Shown piece after piece: positions 54,350-62,793 of a stretch of DNA of 64,000 bases. The notes beneath the pieces are model-generated. The model was not told where the DNA came from. It did no database searches and saw nothing but the letters and a program-made list of their open reading frames with translations. Both the position numbers and the translations under genes were made by a program. The DNA is from Acutalibacteraceae bacterium. Its GTDB lineage: Bacteria > Bacillota > Clostridia > Oscillospirales > Acutalibacteraceae. The DNA lies in assembly GCA_045544455.1 (NCBI GenBank), contig JAZPYZ010000022.1, forward strand, positions 8,819 to 72,818. Direction: 5' to 3'. The stretch's first letter is position 1. Every line of letters begins with the position of its first letter.

Positions 54350-54967
54350 ATGAAGATTTTGATGATCAACGGCAGTCCACGCGCCAACAGCAACACCGGT
54401 ATTGCCCTGTCGGAAATGGCACAGGTGTTTGCCAAACACGGGATCGATACCGAAATCGTACAGGTCGGTGGCGAAGAGATTCGCGGTTGTTTGGGATGTG
54501 GCTACTGTTTTAAAAACGGCCGTTGCGTCATCGACGATCTCGTCAACCAACTCGCCGAAAAGTTTGAGGCGTGTGACGGATTGGTGATCGGCAGTCCGGT
54601 CTATTATGCCGCCGCCAACGGCACGTTGGTCTCGTTGCTCGACCGCCTGTTTTACAGTACGCCGTTCAACAAAACCATGAAAGTCGGTGCGGCAGTCGCG
54701 GTCGCACGGCGCGGCGGTTGTTCCGCCACCTTTGATCAACTCAACAAATATTTCACCATCGCCGGCATGCCGGTCGCGTCCAGCCAGTACTGGAACAGCG
54801 TACACGGCCGCAAGGTAGGGGAGGCGTCCGCCGACGCCGAAGGCCTGCAAACCATGCGCACCCTGGCCGAAAACATGGCGTTTTTGGTCAAAAGCATTGC
54901 ACTCGGCAAACAAGCCTTTGGCCTGCCCGAAAAAGAGCCCTGGCAGATGACCAACTTTATCCGCTGA
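54350..54967 (+). CDS. Flavodoxin-fold NAD(P)H-dependent FMN reductase / iron-sulfur flavoprotein-like
   Basis: ORF 54341..54967. Start moved to ATG 54350 (MKILMINGSPRANSNT), 8 nt after GGAAAGGA. Cys cluster IRGCLGCGYCFKNGRC. Confidence 0.8.
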   Translation: MKILMINGSPRANSNTGIALSEMAQVFAKHGIDTEIVQVGGEEIRGCLGCGYCFKNGRCVIDDLVNQLAEKFEACDGLVIGSPVYYAAANGTLVSLLDRLFYSTPFNKTMKVGAAVAVARRGGCSATFDQLNKYFTIAGMPVASSQYWNSVHGRKVGEASADAEGLQTMRTLAENMAFLVKSIALGKQAFGLPEKEPWQMTNFIR

Positions 54968-54973
54968 TTCATT

Positions 54974-55012
54974 AAAAAAGCGTCTGACGCTTTTTGCGAC
55001 AGACGCTTTTTT
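54974..55012. terminator. Bidirectional terminator region (flavoprotein gene, plus strand / tRNA transcript, minus strand)
   Basis: aaaaaagcg-tctga-cgcttttt, and the alternative agcgtct...agacgct followed by tttttt. Confidence 0.7.
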
Positions 55013-55150
55013 GGCACCCCCTGCGAGAATCGAACTCACAACGGCCCCTTAGGAGGGGGCTGTTCATACGGCGAAGCCGTATCAAGGTTCTCTCAGCCGT
55101 CCGGGACCCTTTGTCCCGGAGACGGCGTGAGGTTCTTATATCCATTTAAC
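55012..55150 (-). pseudogene. 5'-truncated second copy of tRNA-Arg(CCT), interrupted by a 73-nt structured insert
   Basis: 55012..55064 is identical to 55190..55242 (tRNA positions 23-75), and 55138..55150 is identical to 55243..55255 (positions 10-22). 73 nt (55065..55137) are inserted inside the 3' strand of the D stem. Positions 1-9 (5' acceptor strand) are replaced by unrelated sequence. Confidence 0.75.
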
Positions 55151-55189
55151 GAAACAAGCCGCCCCTCGATGGGCCGGCTTGTTTTCTTT

Positions 55190-55264
55190 TGGCACCCCCT
55201 GCGAGAATCGAACTCACAACGGCCCCTTAGGAGGGGGCTGTTATATCCATTTAACTAAAGGGGC
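55190..55264 (-). tRNA. tRNA-Arg (anticodon CCT, reads AGG)
   Basis: Revcomp is GCCCCTT TA GTTA AATGGATA TAAC A GCCCC CTCCTAA GGGGC CGTT GTGAG TTCGATT CTCGC AGGGGGT G CCA. This is a 75-nt canonical cloverleaf with GG in the D loop, a TTCGATT T loop and an encoded CCA. The acceptor stem has two G-T wobbles. Folded by hand. Confidence 0.85.
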
Positions 55265-55277
55265 GTTTACGCGTATC

Positions 55278-55307
55278 AGTATACCGCAACCCTCTACCGC
55301 TTGTCAA
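55278..55307 (-). promoter_or_regulatory. Promoter for tRNA-Arg
   Basis: Minus strand: TTGACA (revcomp of 55302-55307), 18 nt, TATACT (revcomp of 55278-55283). The -10 box ends 13 nt before tRNA position 1. Confidence 0.55.
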
Positions 55308-55317
55308 TAAACACCGG

Positions 55318-55345
55318 TTGACAAAATAGGCGTTCATGGTATAAT
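55318..55345 (+). promoter_or_regulatory. Promoter for tagD (divergent from the tRNA promoter)
   Basis: TTGACA (55318-55323), 16 nt, TGgTATAAT (55340-55345). Its -35 forms a 7-bp inverted repeat (ttgtcaa/ttgacaa) with the tRNA promoter's -35. Confidence 0.65.
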
Positions 55346-55407
55346 ATTCACGGAATTGCGCGCAGCTTTTTGGGCTGACGCCAAGTTTTGAAAACGAGGT
55401 GACTTTT

Positions 55408-55794
55408 ATGAAACGCGTCATTACCTACGGTACGTTTGACCTGCTTCATTACGGACACATCAACCTGCTTAAACGCGCGAAAGCGCTTGGTGATTATTTG
55501 ATCGTGGTGCTCTCGACCGACGAGTTTAACTGGAACGAGAAACAGAAAAAATGCTATTTCTCGTACGAGAAACGCAAAATGTTGCTCGAAGCGATCCGGT
55601 ACGTCGATCTGGTCATTCCGGAAGAATCGTGGGACCAAAAACGGTCGGACGTCAAAGAATACCACATCGACACCTTCGTCATGGGCGACGATTGGAGAGG
55701 CAAGTTTGATTTCCTGTCCGATCTGTGCGAAGTGGTATATCTCGAGCGTACCCCCGAAATCTCCACCACCCAAATCAAACAGGATCTGAAATGA
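55408..55794 (+). CDS. tagD: Glycerol-3-phosphate cytidylyltransferase
   Basis: ORF 55399..55794. Start moved to ATG 55408 ([25 protein letters not shown]), 5 nt after GAGGTGA. HxGH motif, and RTPEISTT near the C-terminus. Confidence 0.9.
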   Translation: MKRVITYGTFDLLHYGHINLLKRAKALGDYLIVVLSTDEFNWNEKQKKCYFSYEKRKMLLEAIRYVDLVIPEESWDQKRSDVKEYHIDTFVMGDDWRGKFDFLSDLCEVVYLERTPEISTTQIKQDLK

Positions 55795-55807
55795 TCGAAC
55801 ACAACCT

Positions 55808-55840
55808 GCCGCCGGATTTTCGCGAATTCGGCGGCTTTTT
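55808..55840 (+). terminator. Intrinsic terminator of tagD
   Basis: gccgccg...ttcgcgaa...cggcggc followed by ttttt. Confidence 0.75.
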
Positions 55841-55945
55841 CTTTCCGTTTACAGGGATTACCAACAGAAAATGGTTGCCTTTTACGCGCTTTTGCCTTAT
55901 AATGGATGATAACAGAGATCCCTTTCATCCTAAGGAGGTTATTTT

Positions 55946-57007
55946 ATGTCTATTCGCAAACTCGGCGCGTTATTGTGCGCGGTTCTGATGATCGTAACCT
56001 GTGTCGGTTGCGCACCCGAACCCGTTAACGTCGACAAGGACAAGCTCACCTTAGCTACCACTACCACTACGACCACGCGGCCGATTGTTCAAGACGGAAC
56101 CTATAACCCTCTGACCGGTGAATACGATATTACTGATGGGGCCGGCACCCGTCCGGTCGCGTTGATGATCGGTAACAACGATAAATCCCGTCCGCAATAC
56201 GGCATCGACCAAGCCGACCTGATCGTCGAAATGGAAACCGAAGGCGGCATCACCCGTTTGATGGCGGTGTTTACCGGCGCCGAACAAATACCGGCTCAGA
56301 TCGGGCCGAACCGTAGCGCACGTACCCCGTTTGTCAAGATCGCCACCGCGTTGGACGCGATCTATTCGCATGCCGGCGGCAGTGAACCGGCCAAAGCGTT
56401 GCTCGCGACCAAGATCATCGACGAAATCGATGCGTTGGGCTATGACGGCACGGCCTATTGGCGCGATGCCGGTCTGCGCGCCAGCAAAGGGTTGGAATAC
56501 AGTATGATGACCAGTGGCGAAAACATCGCCGGCATCATCCAAAAACAAGGGTTCCGCACCACGACCGACCGGTTACCGCCGTATGACTTTGCTACCCCGA
56601 TCGGCACCAACGCCGGCGAAAAGGTTCAGGTCAAGTTCTCAACGGCGCAAACCATCTCGTTTGTCTACAACGCCGAAACCGGTACCTACACCAAATCCAA
56701 CGGCACCCTCGCCAACGGATCCGAACATACCACCGCCGACGGCGGCGTGATTACCGCGAAAAACATCTTCGTTATCTACGCGAAGAAAGTGTCCGAAGGC
56801 AACGGCATCACCATCAGTTTTGATTTCGATAAAGGCGGTGCCGGCTGTGCGATCTCCGGCGGTAAAAGCCGCGAAATCACCTGGGAAATGTCCAACGACG
56901 GCCTGATCTTCCGCGAACAGAACGGTTCGGTCGCGGCGGCCGCTCCCGGCAAATCCTACATCTGCGTTGTCAGCAATGCGGTCAAGAATCCGCTGGTCCT
57001 GGAATAA
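55946..57007 (+). CDS. DUF3048-family lipoprotein (YerB-like)
   Basis: Lipobox LMIVTCVGCAPEP, a poly-T stretch, then RPVALMIGNNDKSRPQYGIDQADLIVEMETEGGITRLMAVF, which is typical of DUF3048. Confidence 0.8.
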   Translation: MSIRKLGALLCAVLMIVTCVGCAPEPVNVDKDKLTLATTTTTTTRPIVQDGTYNPLTGEYDITDGAGTRPVALMIGNNDKSRPQYGIDQADLIVEMETEGGITRLMAVFTGAEQIPAQIGPNRSARTPFVKIATALDAIYSHAGGSEPAKALLATKIIDEIDALGYDGTAYWRDAGLRASKGLEYSMMTSGENIAGIIQKQGFRTTTDRLPPYDFATPIGTNAGEKVQVKFSTAQTISFVYNAETGTYTKSNGTLANGSEHTTADGGVITAKNIFVIYAKKVSEGNGITISFDFDKGGAGCAISGGKSREITWEMSNDGLIFREQNGSVAAAAPGKSYICVVSNAVKNPLVLE

Positions 57008-57016
57008 TCCACACAT

Positions 57017-57054
57017 AAAAAAGCACCCTCGATCTCGGTCGAGGGTGCTTTTTT
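57017..57054. terminator. Bidirectional terminator (DUF3048 gene / deoR)
   Basis: aaaaaagcaccctcga-tctcgg-tcgagggtgctttttt. Confidence 0.85.
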
Positions 57055-57065
57055 ATGCGGTTATA

Positions 57066-57767
57066 TCATTCGGTATCGGTGATCACCGCGGTCAGATCGT
57101 CTACGGTACACAGCGTATTCAAATACACGTGTCCCACCTTGCTTTGATCGCACAACAAATAGGTCTCGCGCGCTTGTTTCATCATGATCCGGCGAATGTT
57201 ATTCTCCATGATCGACGAATCGGTCACGCGCCCGTCTTCACCCAATCCCCGACAGGAGAAAAACGCCGCATCGGCGTTATACCGCGCGAGCGTGCGCTCG
57301 GCATCCGGCCCAATATATGAATAGGATTCCACCGCCATTTCGCCCCCGATACACAAGGTTCGTACCCCCATCGTCGCTAGTTCGAGTGCGGTTTTCGCCC
57401 CCGACGTGATAACAAACACATTTTTGCGATCACGCAGATACGGCACCAAACACCGCGCCGACGTCGACGCGTCCAACATGATCACCTGTCCGTCCCGAAT
57501 CAACGAAGCCGCCTGCCGGGCCATGGTATGTTTCGCCGCCGCGTTTTCGATATCCCGGATCGCCATCGGCACCCGTCGGTCGGGCGCACTCGCTCTCAGC
57601 GATACCCGGCCGCGCCGCCACTCCACCCAGTTTTTCTCTTTCAGTTGCAACAGATCTCGCCGCACCGTCGGTTCGCTGATAAACAACCGCCGCGCCAACT
57701 GCGCCACCGTTTGTTCGCCGTCCGCCAACACGCGCAGATACTGTTCTTCCCGTTGATAAATCGACAT
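57066..57767 (-). CDS. DeoR-family transcriptional regulator
   Basis: ORF 57066..57782. Start moved to ATG 57767 (MSIYQREEQYL), behind AAAGGTGAT. HTH TVAQLARRLFISEPTVRRDLLQLKE and a DeoR C-terminal sugar-phosphate sensor domain. Confidence 0.85.
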   Translation of the reverse strand: MSIYQREEQYLRVLADGEQTVAQLARRLFISEPTVRRDLLQLKEKNWVEWRRGRVSLRASAPDRRVPMAIRDIENAAAKHTMARQAASLIRDGQVIMLDASTSARCLVPYLRDRKNVFVITSGAKTALELATMGVRTLCIGGEMAVESYSYIGPDAERTLARYNADAAFFSCRGLGEDGRVTDSSIMENNIRRIMMKQARETYLLCDQSKVGHVYLNTLCTVDDLTAVITDTE

Positions 57768-57842
57768 GCGATCACCTTTCAATCATCTTTTGAGGTTATT
57801 ATAATCAAAAAACGATTGTTTTGTCAATGTTTTGATAAGTTC

Positions 57843-57870
57843 TTGACGAATTTGAGCGAACGCGTATAAT
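57843..57870 (+). promoter_or_regulatory. Promoter for the G1PDH-like gene, divergent from deoR
   Basis: TTGACG (57843-57848), 16 nt, TATAAT (57865-57870). Confidence 0.6.
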
Positions 57871-57901
57871 GAAGATAGATTCTCGAAAGGTGGTCTTTTG
57901 T

Positions 57902-59245
57902 ATGGGTTTAGACGTATTATATAACATGAACGGACGGGTTTGTGCTTGTGGCAAAACCCACGTGTTACCGGTCAAACATATTGAGGTGGGCAAGGGCGTT
58001 GTGGCGAAATTGCCGGCCTTGGCCAAAGAATACGGCGCGACCAAGGTGTTTGTGTTGTCGGATATCAACACCTATCGCGTAGCAGGGGAAACGGTCTGCC
58101 GTTTGCTGGAACAAAACGGCATCGCGTACACCTCGTATTCGTTACAGGAAAACCAACCCGAACCCGATGAAAAAAGCGTCGGTTCGGTGATCATGCATTA
58201 CGATGTCGCCTGTGATCTGATCGTTACGGTGGGATCGGGCGTGCTCAACGATATCGGCAAGATCGTCAGCGCGATTTCGGGCAAACCGTATTTCGTGGTC
58301 GGCACCGCGCCGTCGATGGACGGGTACGCGTCGGGTTCGTCGTCGATGACGCGTGACGGGCTCAAAATGTCGCTGAATTCCCGTTGCCCGGACGTCGTTA
58401 TCGGGGACACCGATATTTTGGCCACCGCACCCGACCACATGCTCAAATCGGGGTTGGGGGATATGCTGGCGAAGTACGTCAGTATCTGCGAATGGCGCAT
58501 CGCGCATCTGCTGATCGGCGAATATTATTGTGAAGAGGTCGCCGACCTGGTTCGCTTGGCGCTCAAACGCTGCGTCGACAACGCCGACGGGTTGCTCAAA
58601 CGGGACGAAGCCGCCCTCGCGTCCGTGTTCGAAGGGCTTGTCATCGGCGGCGTGGCCATGGCCTATGCCGGTCTGTCGCGTCCGGCCTCGGGTGTCGAAC
58701 ACTATTTCTCCCACGTGTGGGATATGCGCGGCACCTCGTTCGGTACGAAGGTGGATCTGCACGGCATTCAATGCGCGATCGGCACCCTGCTCGCGGCCCA
58801 GTTGTACGAACGCATCCGCACCATCACGCCGGACAAGGAAAAAGCGCTCGCTTTTGCAAAATCGTTTGACGTAGAAGCATGGCACCGCGACCTGCACGAA
58901 TTTCTCGGCGAAGGGGCGGTCAGCATGATCGCGTTGGAGAAAAAAGAGAAGAAATACGACGTCGAGCGCCACGCGGCGCGGTTGGATCGCATCCTCGAAC
59001 ATTGGAACGATATTTTGGCGATCATCGACGAAGAACTGCCGTCGGCGGCGGATATTGCGGCGTTGTTGGATGTGATTCAAGCGCCGAAAACCATGGCCGA
59101 AGCCGGTTTGGACGATTCGGTCCTGCCGATGACCTGGAAATCCACCAAAGATATCCGCGACAAATACGTGTTGTCCCGCCTGGCGTGGGACCTCGGCATC
59201 CTCGACGAACTGGCGCCGGTTGCCGGTTCAACCCCGTGGATGTAA
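57902..59245 (+). CDS. sn-Glycerol-1-phosphate dehydrogenase-like enzyme (AraM/EgsA branch of iron-type alcohol dehydrogenases)
   Basis: ORF 57869..59245, but its first 11 codons overlap the -10 box. Start moved to ATG 57902, behind AAAGGTGG. Blocks VGSGVLNDIGK, VGTAPSMDGYASGSS, GLGDMLAK and LHGIQCAIGT fit the G1PDH/glycerol-DH fold. Confidence 0.65.
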   Translation: MGLDVLYNMNGRVCACGKTHVLPVKHIEVGKGVVAKLPALAKEYGATKVFVLSDINTYRVAGETVCRLLEQNGIAYTSYSLQENQPEPDEKSVGSVIMHYDVACDLIVTVGSGVLNDIGKIVSAISGKPYFVVGTAPSMDGYASGSSSMTRDGLKMSLNSRCPDVVIGDTDILATAPDHMLKSGLGDMLAKYVSICEWRIAHLLIGEYYCEEVADLVRLALKRCVDNADGLLKRDEAALASVFEGLVIGGVAMAYAGLSRPASGVEHYFSHVWDMRGTSFGTKVDLHGIQCAIGTLLAAQLYERIRTITPDKEKALAFAKSFDVEAWHRDLHEFLGEGAVSMIALEKKEKKYDVERHAARLDRILEHWNDILAIIDEELPSAADIAALLDVIQAPKTMAEAGLDDSVLPMTWKSTKDIRDKYVLSRLAWDLGILDELAPVAGSTPWM

Positions 59246-59366
59246 TTATCGTCTGTTAATGTATAAAACGCCCCCGTTGCCAATGGTAACGGGGGCGTTT
59301 TGCGTCTTGCAATCGCGATAAGGGATATGGTATAATAATCAAAACCGATGTAACGGAGGTTCTGTT

Positions 59367-60140
59367 ATGAAAAAAGAATTGAGTATACAACTGTGGAACG
59401 TGCGTGATCACATGAAAGATCCGGCGCAAACCGCCGAAACCTTTAAGGCGCTCGCGTCCTACGGCTTTACCGGCATTCAAACCTACGACGCGCCGGCCGA
59501 TCCGGACGGGTTTGCCGCCATGGCGCGCGAAGCCGGCTTACAGGTCATCGGCACCCACGTGGATATCAGCGTTTTGAAAGATGTCGACCGCGCGGTCGCG
59601 ATGCATAAAACCCTCGGCACCACCAATGCCGGCGTCGGCAACCTGCCGAACATGTGGAGTTTCAAACTCACGCCGGCCGACGTGGCAAATTTCATCGACG
59701 ACGCCAACAAGGCCGCCGAACAACTCGCTAAACACGGGTTGCGGTTCACCTATCACCACCACGCGTACGAATTCGCCAAGATCGACGGGCAAAACACCAT
59801 CATGGATCTGTTGCTTAAAGAACTCGATCCGAAAAACACCGCTTTTGTGCTCGATACCTATTGGTTACAACTCGGGGGCGCGGATATTTTGGAATGGATC
59901 GACAAGGCGGCCGGCCGGTTGGATATCCTGCACCTGAAAGATCTGTGTATTCCGTTCAATACCAACGGCGCGCAAGTCACCGAACTCGGTGCCGGCAACC
60001 TGGATTTCCAAAAGATCGTTGCCGCGGCCGAAAAAGCCGGCGTCACCGACCTGTGCTACGAACAGGACGGCAACTTTGCGGTGGATGCGCTGGCGAGTGC
60101 CAAACAATCCGCCGACTATTTCTATCAACATCTGGTATAA
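59367..60140 (+). CDS. Sugar-phosphate isomerase/epimerase (xylose-isomerase-like TIM barrel)
   Basis: 257-aa ORF behind ACGGAGG. Layout is typical of AP-endonuclease-2/TIM-barrel family members (FTYHHHAYEF, LDTYWLQLGG, LHLKD). Confidence 0.7.
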   Translation: MKKELSIQLWNVRDHMKDPAQTAETFKALASYGFTGIQTYDAPADPDGFAAMAREAGLQVIGTHVDISVLKDVDRAVAMHKTLGTTNAGVGNLPNMWSFKLTPADVANFIDDANKAAEQLAKHGLRFTYHHHAYEFAKIDGQNTIMDLLLKELDPKNTAFVLDTYWLQLGGADILEWIDKAAGRLDILHLKDLCIPFNTNGAQVTELGAGNLDFQKIVAAAEKAGVTDLCYEQDGNFAVDALASAKQSADYFYQHLV

Positions 60141-60154
60141 TCGTTTTCATAAAC

Positions 60155-60185
60155 AAAGCCGTGTGTCGATTGACACACGGCTTTT
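60155..60185. terminator. Bidirectional terminator (isomerase gene / rsmG)
   Basis: aaagccgtgtgtc-gatt-gacacacggctttt. Confidence 0.8.
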
Positions 60186-60187
60186 GG

Positions 60188-60859
60188 TTATCTCTTTTCC
60201 AGTACGATCAGTTGCCGTTCCGGCGGTCGGTCGCCGTCACGCGGCAAACGGGGAAGGGTAAAGGTGACGGTATCCACCCATCGGCCGCCGTGTTTGGCGA
60301 TCGTTTTGGCGGCGGCTTCGGTCTCAGCGGTTCCGTCCGGCCCTTTCATCGCGATGGCTTTGCCGCCGCGCTTGACAAAGGGGAGCAGGTATCCGGCCAA
60401 CTTTTCCATCGCCGCCACCGCACGGGCGGTCGCGATATCAAATTGTCCTTTAAACGCGGCTTGTTTGCCGGCTTCTTCGGCACGCGCATGGATCCGTTCG
60501 GCTTTGACGCCGGTTTCGCGACACACCGTTTCCAAAAACACCAACCGCTTGTTCAAACTGTCCAACAAGGTCAGTTCGATATCCGGCCGCAAGATCGCGA
60601 GTGGCACGCCCGGAAACCCGGCGCCGGTCCCGACGTCGATCATCTTAAACGGCCCTTTCGGCAATACCGTCGCGACCGTCAAACTGTCGAGAAAATGTTT
60701 CACCAACACCTCTTCGGGTTCTTTGATGGCGGTCAGGTTCATTTTTTGGTTCCATTCGGCCAACAACGCGGCGTAAATATCCATCTTGTTCGCCGTTTCC
60801 TCGGTCAACGGCACGCCGAAATCGGCAGCCAGTTGTTGTAATCGTTTGGTATCGATCAT
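60188..60859 (-). CDS. rsmG: 16S rRNA (guanine527-N7)-methyltransferase
   Basis: 223 aa with the SAM motif MIDVGTGAGFPGVPLAI. Lies immediately downstream of mnmG. Confidence 0.9.
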   Translation of the reverse strand: MIDTKRLQQLAADFGVPLTEETANKMDIYAALLAEWNQKMNLTAIKEPEEVLVKHFLDSLTVATVLPKGPFKMIDVGTGAGFPGVPLAILRPDIELTLLDSLNKRLVFLETVCRETGVKAERIHARAEEAGKQAAFKGQFDIATARAVAAMEKLAGYLLPFVKRGGKAIAMKGPDGTAETEAAAKTIAKHGGRWVDTVTFTLPRLPRDGDRPPERQLIVLEKR

Positions 60860-60861
60860 GG

Positions 60862-62730
60862 TTATCTCCCTTGTCCCAAAAATACGATCAGCACCGACAC
60901 GTCCGCCGGACTGACACCGCTGATTCGCGAGGCTTGTCCCAGATTGCGCGGCCGAATCTTGTTGAGTTTTTCCTGCGCCTCTTTACGCAATCCGGTCACG
61001 GTGGTATAGTCGAGATCGTCCGGCAACAACCGGTTTTCCAACCGACGCATCTCGTCAACGTCACTTTGTTGACGGCGGATATAGCCGGCATATTTCAGTT
61101 CCACTTCCACCTGTTGGATCACCAACGAATCCAGTGCCGGCCGGTCGGGATCCACCGGCGCGAGATTCGCATAGTTCAGTTGCGGCCGACACAACAGATC
61201 GCTCAACCGCACCCCGGTACTGACCGGTGTAGTCCCGCACGCGACCAACAGGTCGTTGAGTTGATCGGTGGGGGAAAGCACCGTGCGTTTTAACCGGTCA
61301 AGTTCCTCTTTCTTTTGCGTTTGTCGCGCGCAAAACCGTTCCCACCGAAGGTCATCCACCAACCCGACCTTGCGGCCGATCGGCGTCAACCGTTCGTCGG
61401 CGTTATCTTGTCGTAAAATCAACCGGTATTCCGACCGCGACGTCATCATCCGGTAGGGATCGGCACATCCTTTCGTCACGAGATCGTCCACCAACGTGCC
61501 GGTATACCCGTCCGCGCGATCGAGAATCATCGGTTCTTTCCCTTGCAGTTTCAACGCGGCGTTGATCCCGGCGACCAACCCTTGGGCCGCCGCCTCTTCG
61601 TATCCGGAACTGCCGTTAAACTGGCCGGCGCCATACAGCCCCTCGATCTCTTTAAATTCCAAGGTCGCACGCAGTTGCAATGGATCACAGCAATCGTACT
61701 CGATCGCGTATGCCGGCCGCATCACCTGCACGTGTTCCAATCCCGGAATGGTATGTAAAAACGCCAGTTGAATGTCTTCCGGCAACGACGAAGACAACCC
61801 TTGCAGATACATCTCGTCGGTTTTTTCGCCGCACGGTTCGATAAACACCTGGTGCCGGGGTTTGTCGGCAAACCGCACGATTTTATCTTCAATACTCGGA
61901 CAATACCGCGGCCCGATCCCTTCGATGTCGCCGCCGTATAGGGGAGAGCGGTGCAGATTTTGCAAAATGATCTCTTTGGTCTGCTCGTTGGTCCAGGTAA
62001 TGTAACAGTCGCTTTTATTTTGTGGGGCGGTGGTCGTTTCAAACGAGAACGGCGTCACCGGTTCTTCGCCGGGTTGGCGTTCCAACCCTTCGAAATTCAC
62101 ACTCGACCGCAGCACGCGCGGCGGCGTTCCGGTCTTAAACCGGCGCATCGCCACGCCCATCTGTTCGAGCGATGCGGTTAACGAATTCGCGGCAAACATC
62201 CCGTCGGGACCGCCGTCATAATGCACGTCTCCCACAAAAATACGACCGCGTAAAAAGGTGCCGGTCGCGAGGATCACGGCTTTGGCGGCGTATTGCGCTT
62301 GCAGTTGGGTAGAGAGCAAAAACCGGCCGTCGTCCATCCGTTCGATGGCGGTGATCTCGGCTTGCCGCAACATCAACCGATCAGTGGTTTCCAACACGTG
62401 TTTCATATACGCGGCGTATTCGCGGCGATCGATCTGCGCGCGCAACGAATGAACCGCCGGCCCTTTGCCGCGGTTTAACATACGCGATTGTAGCATGGTT
62501 GCGTCGGCCGCCAACCCCATTTCGCCACCGAGCGCATCGATCTCGCGCACCAGATGGCCTTTGGCGGTACCGCCGATACACGGGTTACACGGCATGTTGC
62601 CGACACAGTCTAAGTTGATCGCGAAAATCGCGGTTTCACAACCCAGACGAGCGGCGGCAAGCGCCGCTTCGATCCCGGCATGGCCGGCACCGATCACCGC
62701 TACGTCATAGTCTCCGGCTAAAAATTTCAT
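60862..62730 (-). CDS. mnmG: tRNA uridine 5-carboxymethylaminomethyl modification enzyme MnmG (GidA)
   Basis: ORF 60862..62778. Start moved to ATG 62730 ([26 protein letters not shown] dinucleotide fold). Confidence 0.95.
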   Translation of the reverse strand: MKFLAGDYDVAVIGAGHAGIEAALAAARLGCETAIFAINLDCVGNMPCNPCIGGTAKGHLVREIDALGGEMGLAADATMLQSRMLNRGKGPAVHSLRAQIDRREYAAYMKHVLETTDRLMLRQAEITAIERMDDGRFLLSTQLQAQYAAKAVILATGTFLRGRIFVGDVHYDGGPDGMFAANSLTASLEQMGVAMRRFKTGTPPRVLRSSVNFEGLERQPGEEPVTPFSFETTTAPQNKSDCYITWTNEQTKEIILQNLHRSPLYGGDIEGIGPRYCPSIEDKIVRFADKPRHQVFIEPCGEKTDEMYLQGLSSSLPEDIQLAFLHTIPGLEHVQVMRPAYAIEYDCCDPLQLRATLEFKEIEGLYGAGQFNGSSGYEEAAAQGLVAGINAALKLQGKEPMILDRADGYTGTLVDDLVTKGCADPYRMMTSRSEYRLILRQDNADERLTPIGRKVGLVDDLRWERFCARQTQKKEELDRLKRTVLSPTDQLNDLLVACGTTPVSTGVRLSDLLCRPQLNYANLAPVDPDRPALDSLVIQQVEVELKYAGYIRRQQSDVDEMRRLENRLLPDDLDYTTVTGLRKEAQEKLNKIRPRNLGQASRISGVSPADVSVLIVFLGQGR

Positions 62731-62760
62731 AAGCGTTGTTCCTTCGTCTTTAACAAGAAA

Positions 62761-62788
62761 ATCGGGCGGAATTTCCATTCCGCCCGAT
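62761..62788 (-). terminator. Hairpin between jag and mnmG (attenuator/terminator)
   Basis: atcgggcggaat-ttcc-attccgcccgat, a 12-bp stem, followed on the minus strand by tttcttgtt. Confidence 0.55.
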
Positions 62789-62793
62789 TCGAA

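Noticed and set aside
55065-55137. Self-splicing group I intron in tRNA-Arg(CCU). Such introns are known in this isoacceptor in some proteobacteria.
   Set aside because: The insert is only 73 nt, far below the ~200 nt of the smallest group I introns. It sits in the D stem rather than the anticodon loop. The host copy also lacks its 5' acceptor strand, so splicing could not restore a tRNA.
54968-55400. Integrated prophage, ICE or genomic island at the tRNA-Arg gene.
   Set aside because: The direct repeats of the tRNA 3' part are only 39 nt apart (plus the 73-nt insert). No integrase, excisionase or phage genes occur within the flanking 5 kb. At most this is a scar.
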